Shown here: positions 36,744 to 43,808 of the stretch, piece by piece
Numbering within the stretch: position 1 is the stretch's first letter
Layout of the letters: the number at the start of each line of letters is the position of its first letter
DNA from: a virus
Reading direction: 5' to 3' (one strand)
IMG/VR virus record: IMGVR_UViG_3300046000_003154
Location: 1-64,000 of that record
Length of the DNA: 64,000 nt
Notes under the pieces: generated by a model
What the model saw: the letters and a program-made list of their open reading frames with translations, nothing else
The model's database searches: none
Told to the model about the DNA's origin: nothing
Translations under genes and position numbers: made by a program

Positions 36744-37466
36744 ATGACAAGAAGAACTCAACAATCTCAATTAGAAAATTCTACATTAGCAAAAAAAGTT
36801 AGACCAAAAATCGACAACTTTAATCTTAAAAAAATTGAAGCAAAAACAGAAGGTCAAAGGGATATGATGGAGGCTTTTGATGAAGGATTGAATGTTGTAG
36901 CTGCTGGATCTGCTGGTACTGGAAAGTCATATATCGCATCATATTTGGCATTGAAAAAACTTTTATCTAAACAAGTTGATAAAATTATAGTTGTTCGTTC
37001 AGCAGTTAATATTCGTGGTCAAGGTTTCTTACCCGGAACCCTAGAAGAAAAGGAAATGGTTTATACTATTCCTTATAAAAACATTTTTGATGATATTTGT
37101 AATTCTGGTACTGCTTGGGAGTCATTAACAAAGAAAGATATGGTACAATTCATTTCTACAACATATGTTCGTGGATTAACATTGAATAATTGTGTTGTTA
37201 TTGTTGATGAAATCCAAAACTTAGATGCTAGTGAATGTGAATCTATTCTTACTCGTTTAGGTGAAAATTGTCAAGTAATTCTTTGTGGTGATATTAGACA
37301 ATCAGATCTTTTTCGTAAGCGTGAAGTAAGTTGTTATCCTTGGTTAATTAGTTTAGCAGATAAGCTAGTTGATTATTTCGAAGTTGTTGAATTTACAAGT
37401 GATGATATTGTTCGTTCAGAATTATGTAAAGCTATTATTATGGCTATTGAAGAGATAGAGAAGTGA
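36744..37466 (+). CDS. phoH: PhoH-like ATPase
   Basis: Walker A GSAGTGKSYIA and overall PhoH-like arrangement. Confidence 0.6.
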   Translation: MTRRTQQSQLENSTLAKKVRPKIDNFNLKKIEAKTEGQRDMMEAFDEGLNVVAAGSAGTGKSYIASYLALKKLLSKQVDKIIVVRSAVNIRGQGFLPGTLEEKEMVYTIPYKNIFDDICNSGTAWESLTKKDMVQFISTTYVRGLTLNNCVVIVDEIQNLDASECESILTRLGENCQVILCGDIRQSDLFRKREVSCYPWLISLADKLVDYFEVVEFTSDDIVRSELCKAIIMAIEEIEK

Positions 37467-37505
37467 TAATAGTTATTATAATGACTACTATGGAAAATAT
37501 GTAAA

Positions 37506-38186
37506 ATGAAAAAATTTGATTATGTAAAACTTGATAAACTTCAATTTGATATGGAAGCAAAAACTGGTGTGTCTGGAAGAGTATACGAAACCCCCAATGG
37601 AGACATATACTCTTCTATTACCACAATTCTTTCACATCTTGGTAAAAAACATATAGCAGCATGGAAAGAACGTGTAGGGGAAGTGGAAGCTAATAGGATA
37701 TCTCGTTTAGCTTCTGCTCGTGGCACTAAAGTACATTCTGCTTGTGAACGATATTTGCTCAACGAAATGAGTCAAATGGAACTTCAGATGATGATGCCAG
37801 ATACAAAGCAATTATTTAAAATGCTCCAACCAGAACTTGATAAGAGTCTTAATAATATATACTCTTTGGAACAGGCATTATACTCTGATGAACTTAGGGT
37901 TGCTGGTAGAGTTGATTGTATTGCAGAGTGGGATGGAAAGTTATCAGTGATCGACTTTAAGACTTCTTCGAAAATTAAAGACGAAGAAAATATTCAAAAT
38001 TACTTTATGCAATGTACAGCTTATAGTATAATGTTTGAAGAGATTACAGGAATTCCGATTGATCAGATAGTCGTTGCAATTGCTGTAGAAGAAGATTTAC
38101 ACCCACAAATTTTCGTTCGTGAGAAAGCTAAATATCTAGAGAACACTAAGAAATTTATCAGAGGTTATCACTTGACTTGTGTTTGA
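37506..38186 (+). CDS. PD-(D/E)xK nuclease, RecB/Cas4-like
   Basis: DCIAEWDGKLSVIDFKTS (D...E.D...DxKT) and QCTAY (QxxxY) motifs. Confidence 0.5.
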   Translation: MKKFDYVKLDKLQFDMEAKTGVSGRVYETPNGDIYSSITTILSHLGKKHIAAWKERVGEVEANRISRLASARGTKVHSACERYLLNEMSQMELQMMMPDTKQLFKMLQPELDKSLNNIYSLEQALYSDELRVAGRVDCIAEWDGKLSVIDFKTSSKIKDEENIQNYFMQCTAYSIMFEEITGIPIDQIVVAIAVEEDLHPQIFVREKAKYLENTKKFIRGYHLTCV

Positions 38187-38200
38187 TTTTTTGGTATAAT
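38172..38200 (+). promoter_or_regulatory. strong sigma70-like promoter for tmRNA (TTGACT-N17-TGGTATAAT)
   Basis: TTGACT 38172-38177, extended -10 TGgTATAAT 38192-38200. Confidence 0.6.
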
Positions 38201-38206
38201 CTAAGA

Positions 38207-38549
38207 AATGGTAGTAAACTGGTTTTTAGAAAAGTTAGCAACACTCGGGTGCAATTCCCGACAGGTCCACCATAATCATTCTAATACGGAAGCACTAGGT
38301 CTAGCTAGGAAACGGTGTGAAAGTTGCACTCTCTGGGCAGTTATCGAACAGGGCAAGTTAAAGATAGCTAGAATGATTTTGATGGGCTTGACTTAGGATC
38401 GACTGATAAACTAGTACAATAATCGGCTACTTGTCAAAGAAGACATTAAAACTAAATCAAAATAAATGCAAATGACGAAAGTTACGCATTAGCAGCTTAA
38501 ACGCTACTTAGGGTTTTTGTGGGTTCCTCGTAACAGAATACCCACTTTT
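38207..38549 (+). ncRNA. ssrA: circularly permuted (two-piece) tmRNA gene
   Basis: acceptor piece: T arm tcggg-tgcaatt-cccga + 3' acceptor caggtcc + A73 + CCA (38245-38272). Coding piece starts gggcttgacttaggatcgac (38384), cf. E. coli ggggctgattctggattcgac, giving G3-U70. Tag ORF GCA AAT GAC GAA AGT TAC GCA TTA GCA GCT TAA = ANDESYALAA* (38468-38500). Terminal hairpin gtgggt...acccac + TTTT. Confidence 0.8.
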
Positions 38550-38573
38550 AATTAACAAAAAGGAAATTTATAA

Positions 38574-39014
38574 ATGAAGAAACTTATTATTGCAACTGCT
38601 CTTATTCTATCTGCTGGTTTTGCTGCTGCTTCTGATGTAGGAGTGTCAACATTACGTGACTATGCTGTAGAAAAGAATGGTGTACGTGTTGAAACATCTG
38701 TTGGAAAACTTGGAGCACTAACCCCAAAACTATCATTTACCCACGTAGACGGTTCTTATAATCGCTATGGTTTTGGGACTGATATTAATGTGTTTGAATA
38801 TAAAAACGTAACACTTTCTGCTAATGTCGGTGGTGTTTATCAGGACACTAGTTATGGTGCTAATGGATATGGTCTAGTTACTGGAGTGAAAGCTTCTGTT
38901 GATTTGACAAAATATGTGTCAGCTAATATTGGTGTTGATCGATTTACAGGGCAAAGTCGTGTAAGTTCTTTTGATGGAAACACTACAACTCTTGGTGTAG
39001 TTCTGAAGTTCTAA
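38574..39014 (+). CDS. outer-membrane beta-barrel protein (Ail/Lom/OmpX-like)
   Basis: signal peptide MKKLIIATALILSAGFAAA; alternating amphipathic strands; C-terminal LGVVLKF (terminal Phe); mature size about 127 aa. Confidence 0.55.
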   Translation: MKKLIIATALILSAGFAAASDVGVSTLRDYAVEKNGVRVETSVGKLGALTPKLSFTHVDGSYNRYGFGTDINVFEYKNVTLSANVGGVYQDTSYGANGYGLVTGVKASVDLTKYVSANIGVDRFTGQSRVSSFDGNTTTLGVVLKF

Positions 39015-39114
39015 AAAGAATTGACTTAATTTTAGGGGTGGGTTATAATGACTCACCCTTACTTATTGAACCGTACCAAATTGCTGATTTCCTAAATAAT
39101 ATTAGGAGAATAAA

Positions 39115-39753
39115 ATGTACTTGTATATAAAAACACACAATAAAACTGGATTAAAATACTTAGGAAAAACTTCATCTAAAGATCCTTTTAAATATAAAGG
39201 GTCTGGATTATATTGGAAAAGACATATAGAAAAACATGGCTATGATGTGTTCACAGAAATAATTTACGAAAGCGATGATGTAAACATAATAAAAGAACAA
39301 GGATTGATTTTTTCTAAACTTTATAATATTGTAGAAGATCCCAATTGGGCAAATCTAAAAGAAGAATCTGGTGATGGTGGGTGGGATTTTGTAAATAAAG
39401 ATGAAAATATAAGAAAAACTAGATCAAAGCGTATGTTAGGTTCTGGAAATCCTTTTTATGGCAAAACGCACACAAAAGAAACAAAAGAAAAATTAAGTGA
39501 GTACACAAAAAAACAAATTTTTCCAAAAAGAACATTAGAACATAATGAAAAAATAAAAAAATCTTTACTAGGAAAAAAACATTCAAAAGAAAGATGTGAG
39601 AATATAAGTCTTGCTAAAAAAGGAAAACCTCCACACAATAAAGGTATTCCAGATTTAAAAATAGAATGTCCTTATTGTAAAAAGATTGGTGGAAGATCTA
39701 ATATGAAAAGATGGCATTTTGAAAATTGTAAATTTAAAAAGGAAATATCATGA
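39115..39753 (+). CDS. GIY-YIG homing endonuclease with NUMOD-like repeats
   Basis: MYLYIKTHNKTGLKYLGKTS ... YKGSGLYWKRHIEKHG; repeats GSGNPFYGKTHTKETKEKLS / GKKHSKERCENISLAKKG. Confidence 0.7.
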   Translation: MYLYIKTHNKTGLKYLGKTSSKDPFKYKGSGLYWKRHIEKHGYDVFTEIIYESDDVNIIKEQGLIFSKLYNIVEDPNWANLKEESGDGGWDFVNKDENIRKTRSKRMLGSGNPFYGKTHTKETKEKLSEYTKKQIFPKRTLEHNEKIKKSLLGKKHSKERCENISLAKKGKPPHNKGIPDLKIECPYCKKIGGRSNMKRWHFENCKFKKEIS

Positions 39754-40406
39754 AAGTTTATATAGGGCCATATATTGATTTTTTAGGCCCATATCAAATA
39801 GCAGAAAAAATCTTATTCTGGTTGGATAAGCATGAAGACAAACGTGTTCATAAATTTGGGGAATGGTTAGCGGATAAAACACCACTATCAAAAATTTGCG
39901 AATGGATTCATGCCAAAAAGAAACGCAACATCAAAGTAAAAATCCACAAATATGACACATGGAGTCTTGATTCCACCATATCTATTGTGATTCTTCCAAT
40001 GTTAAAGCAATTATATTTGACAAAGCATGGTGCAGGACTTGTTGATGATAAAGACGTTCCAGAAGGTCTTGGATTGCGTTCAACGGAATGTCAAGAAAAG
40101 AAAAATGAATGGGATACAGATGATAATTTCTTCAAGCGATATGATTGGATAATGGAAGAAATGATTTGGGCTTTTGAACAAATGCAACCAGACTGTGATT
40201 GGGAAGCGCAATATCATTCTGGAAAATCTGACATAGAATGGGTTGTTACCGAATATGATGACAAAGGTGAACCAAAACTTTATAAGATGGATAGAGGCGT
40301 AAACGATACCCATAAATTTGATTCAGAGGGTTATATGAAACATTCTGATCGTATCGATAATGGTTTACGTCTTTTTGGAAAATATTTCAGAACACTCTGG
40401 GATTAA
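39750..40406 (+). CDS. hypothetical protein
   Basis: 218-aa ORF, ATGA overlap with upstream gene. Confidence 0.45.
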   Translation: MKVYIGPYIDFLGPYQIAEKILFWLDKHEDKRVHKFGEWLADKTPLSKICEWIHAKKKRNIKVKIHKYDTWSLDSTISIVILPMLKQLYLTKHGAGLVDDKDVPEGLGLRSTECQEKKNEWDTDDNFFKRYDWIMEEMIWAFEQMQPDCDWEAQYHSGKSDIEWVVTEYDDKGEPKLYKMDRGVNDTHKFDSEGYMKHSDRIDNGLRLFGKYFRTLWD

Positions 40407-40430
40407 TTTAAAATAAAATTAGGAGAATTT

Positions 40431-40925
40431 ATGAAAAGGTTTTTGATAACCTTGTGTATATCTTTTACTTTTTTATTTGGGTGTACTGATTTAAATCAAT
40501 ATTCGAATAAACAAGTAACAGTAGAATACTCAAAAGAAAATGAAAAAGATATTAAATGTCTTACTGATAACATTTATTACGAATCAAAGGGAGAATCTTA
40601 CGAAGGAAATATTGCAGTAGCTTTTGTTACATTGAATCGTTTAAATCACGAAAAATTCCCAAAGGATATTTGTGGTGTCGTGAAACAAAAACGAAATGGT
40701 GTATGTCAATTTTCTTGGCATTGCACAAAAAGCTTGACAGCAAAGACAGATTTGAGGTATAATTACTTTAGAAAACTTGCAGAGTATATCTTCCATAACC
40801 ACAAAGACATAGAAGATCCAACAAATGGTGCATTGTTTTTTCATGCAACCTACGTTAATCCAAAATGGAAAAATATGGAAAAGACTGCAACAATCGGTAA
40901 ACACATTTTTTATGTAAATATTTGA
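40431..40925 (+). CDS. SleB-like cell-wall hydrolase lipoprotein
   Basis: lipobox LFGC; IAVAFVTLNRLNHEKFPKDICGVVKQ ... QFSW matches the SleB/Hydrolase_2 consensus. Confidence 0.5.
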   Translation: MKRFLITLCISFTFLFGCTDLNQYSNKQVTVEYSKENEKDIKCLTDNIYYESKGESYEGNIAVAFVTLNRLNHEKFPKDICGVVKQKRNGVCQFSWHCTKSLTAKTDLRYNYFRKLAEYIFHNHKDIEDPTNGALFFHATYVNPKWKNMEKTATIGKHIFYVNI

Positions 40926-40934
40926 AAGGGTACT

Positions 40935-41207
40935 ATGACAATTCAACAAATGGCAATTAATCAACTATCAAATCCAGCAGATCGTGAAAAACTTTTGCAT
41001 GTTATTCGTGATTGTTCAGATTCACTAACACGAATGAGTGCTGAACGTGATCTAATGAAAGAATCTATTGACGAAATTAGTAAGCAACTTGACATTCCTA
41101 AAAAGTTTATCAATCGCATGGTTAAGGTATATTTTAAACAGAACTATGACGAAGAAGTTGCTGTCCACGAGCAATTCGAAACCCTTTATGAATCTATTGT
41201 AAAATAA
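40935..41207 (+). CDS. hypothetical protein
   Basis: 90-aa ORF. Confidence 0.4.
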   Translation: MTIQQMAINQLSNPADREKLLHVIRDCSDSLTRMSAERDLMKESIDEISKQLDIPKKFINRMVKVYFKQNYDEEVAVHEQFETLYESIVK

Positions 41208-41217
41208 GGAGATTATT

Positions 41218-41523
41218 ATGAACAGGTATGAATTTTCACAAGTATTTATTGGTGAATGTGATAATAAAGTAAGCACCGTAACACATTCATTTGATGAAGA
41301 TTATTTGGATGAAGTTGTGGTAAGATTTGAAGAATTTCTACGGGGTTGTGGTTATATTTTTTCTGGAAGTCTTCAGATTGTTGACGAAGAAGATGCTTAC
41401 ACAGGCCACCAAGATAGAAATTATCATGATAGTTTTAGTGTTCAAGAACAAGATCAAGAACCAACAGACAAAAAATGTTGCGGCAATGTATGTGAATCAA
41501 AATTTTGCAACGGTAGATATTAA
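41218..41523 (+). CDS. hypothetical protein (Cys-rich C-terminus)
   Basis: 101-aa ORF ending KKCCGNVCESKFCNG. Confidence 0.4.
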   Translation: MNRYEFSQVFIGECDNKVSTVTHSFDEDYLDEVVVRFEEFLRGCGYIFSGSLQIVDEEDAYTGHQDRNYHDSFSVQEQDQEPTDKKCCGNVCESKFCNGRY

Positions 41524-41747
41524 TGCCAACAAAAGATGAAATGAATACCTTTGCTTTATTGATTGAGGCATTAGTATTAAAAACTAAAGTTGGTTATGTT
41601 GATGCTATTGTAGATTATTGTGCAGAAACTGGACTAGAAATTGAAGTAGCAGCAACATTAGTAAATCAAAACCTAAAGTCAAAAATTGAAAGTGATGCAG
41701 CAGATAGGAATATGTTTAAAGAAAAAAGCGCAAGGTTGCCTATATGA
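41523..41747 (+). CDS. hypothetical protein
   Basis: 74-aa ORF. Confidence 0.35.
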   Translation: MPTKDEMNTFALLIEALVLKTKVGYVDAIVDYCAETGLEIEVAATLVNQNLKSKIESDAADRNMFKEKSARLPI

Positions 41748-42334
41748 CAGGTTATGATTGTTATTCTATTTTCAGTGGTATAAAGTTACATTTTTCTACA
41801 GATTCTTATGATTTTTTTAAGTATTCTGGAAAATCAAATGTAAGCCAAACATCATTCGAAAATAGGAAAGACAAATACTTCTTTTATAAGTTATCTAGAA
41901 AATATCCAACTAAAGAAATTCTAATAGATTTCCTTGTTGCTAATTTTCTAGAAAACGAAAAGATGTGGATTGGGGATTTGATTAATGATGACGCAGATAG
42001 TATTTACCTAAAACGTCAAAAATTTGTTCAGTCCCTTTCTTATTCATTTGAAGAAGATTGTAAGATTATTTTTGAAGATGTTAAAGATCCAAATGATGTA
42101 TTAGTTGTTGAGCAAGATTATCCTATATTACTCACAAAGACTTTTCGTAAAGAAATTCATTTTGAGACTCTTTGTATATTAAATATGATTTTGGATTTTT
42201 TACCAATGTGGAAAAATAAGATTTCTGATACAATTCGTTTTCCAGAATATGCAAGAAAAATAGAAAAATTTACTTGCTTTCTTCCAAAAGATGTGGTAAA
42301 ATATAAGTTGATTTTGAGGAAAGTTGTTTTATGA
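41744..42334 (+). CDS. hypothetical protein
   Basis: 196-aa ORF. Confidence 0.45.
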   Translation: MTGYDCYSIFSGIKLHFSTDSYDFFKYSGKSNVSQTSFENRKDKYFFYKLSRKYPTKEILIDFLVANFLENEKMWIGDLINDDADSIYLKRQKFVQSLSYSFEEDCKIIFEDVKDPNDVLVVEQDYPILLTKTFRKEIHFETLCILNMILDFLPMWKNKISDTIRFPEYARKIEKFTCFLPKDVVKYKLILRKVVL

Positions 42335-42825
42335 TTAGTAAAATTTATTTGGATATGGATGGAGTGGTTGCAGATTTCCATAAGAGATATGTTGATTTAT
42401 TTAAAATGACTCCAACAGAATCTCGTGAACAAAAAGAATTTCATCCACATTGGAAAGAATTTATATTAACAAACCAATTTGCTTCTTTGGATTGGTGGTA
42501 TGATGGACAAGAACTACTTGATTATATTAAAACAATTGATTCTAAAGTTCAAATTGAAATGTTAACTTCTTCTGGTGGATTGAAATATCATGATCAAGTA
42601 AAGGAGCAAAAACTTCACTGGTTAAAAGAAAAAGGAATTACATATAAAGCTAATGTAGTCGCTGGAAGGCGTAAAAAAGCTGAGTATGCAACACCAGATG
42701 TTATTCTGGTTGATGACACACTAGATGTTATTGAATCATTCAATGCTGCTGGTGGTATTGGTATCCATCACAAAGATGCCAAGGTGACTATCGAAATTAT
42801 TAAAGCACATTTAAACAGTGCCTAA
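42331..42825 (+). CDS. HAD-family 5'(3')-deoxyribonucleotidase (NT5C-like)
   Basis: N-terminal DMDGVVADF motif I. Confidence 0.55.
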   Translation: MISKIYLDMDGVVADFHKRYVDLFKMTPTESREQKEFHPHWKEFILTNQFASLDWWYDGQELLDYIKTIDSKVQIEMLTSSGGLKYHDQVKEQKLHWLKEKGITYKANVVAGRRKKAEYATPDVILVDDTLDVIESFNAAGGIGIHHKDAKVTIEIIKAHLNSA

Positions 42826-42891
42826 ATAATTCTTTATAATGAATAATGTGGATAAATTTTAATACAAACATACGAAATAAGAGGTAATTAT

Positions 42892-43782
42892 ATGAGTTCT
42901 TTTGCAAACATGAAGCGTGGTAATGACTTTGAAAAACTTCAAAGCACTTTGAAACAAACAACTTCCCCACAAGAATCTGGTGGTAAAGACGATTCTCGTT
43001 TTTGGAATCCATCTGTAGACAAAGCTGGTAATGGAATGGCAATTGTCCGTTTCCTTCCTGCTCCTGCTGCTGATGGTGATGAAGGTCTTCCTTGGGTACG
43101 TGTCTTTAAACATGGTTTCCAAGGTCCGGGAGGATGGTTGATTGACGATTGTTTGACTACGATTAATGGTAAATGTCCAGTTTGTGAAAACAATAGCGTA
43201 TTGTGGAATTCTGGTGTTGAAGCAAATAAGGGTATTGCGCGTGACCGTAAGCGTAAACTAACATATATTGCTAATATTCTAGTCTTATCAGATCCAAGTA
43301 ATCCAGAGAACGAAGGACAAATTAAGTTATTTAAGTTTGGAAAGAAAATTTTCGACAAACTTAATGAAGCTATGAATCCTGAGTTTGCAGATGAAACTCC
43401 TTTGAATCCATTTGATTTCTGGAAAGGTGCTAACTTCAAACTAAAGATGCGTAACGTAGAAGGTTATCGCAACTATGATAAATCAGAGTTTGATAGCGTA
43501 TCTGCATTATTTGATGGTAATGATGATAAACTAGAAACACTTTGGAAGAAAGAATATTCTCTAGCTGAGTTTATTGATCCTACAAAGTTCAAGACATACG
43601 ATCAAATTAAAGATCGTCTTGATAAAGTTTTGGGTGGTCAAACATCTAATTCAAAGGCAGAGGATTCTCCAATGTCAAAGTTTAAAGATGAACTTCCTAC
43701 TAGGACTGCCGCACCAAAGGCTAAAATTGAAGATGATGACGATGATATGAATTACTTTAAATCATTAGCTAACGCTGATTAA
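42892..43782 (+). CDS. 32: single-stranded DNA-binding protein gp32
   Basis: AGNGMAIVRFLPAP ... ANILVLSDPSNPENEGQIKLFKFGKKIFDKLNEAM ... WKGANFKLKMR closely parallels T4 gp32 (NAGNGQAVIRFLPS ... [34 protein letters not shown]); acidic C-terminus. Confidence 0.85.
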   Translation: MSSFANMKRGNDFEKLQSTLKQTTSPQESGGKDDSRFWNPSVDKAGNGMAIVRFLPAPAADGDEGLPWVRVFKHGFQGPGGWLIDDCLTTINGKCPVCENNSVLWNSGVEANKGIARDRKRKLTYIANILVLSDPSNPENEGQIKLFKFGKKIFDKLNEAMNPEFADETPLNPFDFWKGANFKLKMRNVEGYRNYDKSEFDSVSALFDGNDDKLETLWKKEYSLAEFIDPTKFKTYDQIKDRLDKVLGGQTSNSKAEDSPMSKFKDELPTRTAAPKAKIEDDDDDMNYFKSLANAD

Positions 43783-43784
43783 TA

Positions 43785-43808
43785 AAAAGCCCCATTTGGG
43801 GCTTTTTC
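43785..43808. terminator. bidirectional rho-independent terminator between convergent genes
   Basis: AAAAGCCCC-attt-GGGGCTTTTT. Confidence 0.6.

Noticed and set aside
38208-38396. 62-aa ORF MVVNWFLEKLATLGCNSRQ...
   Set aside because: Lies entirely inside the tmRNA acceptor piece/intervening segment downstream of the tmRNA promoter; the RNA gene explains the region better.
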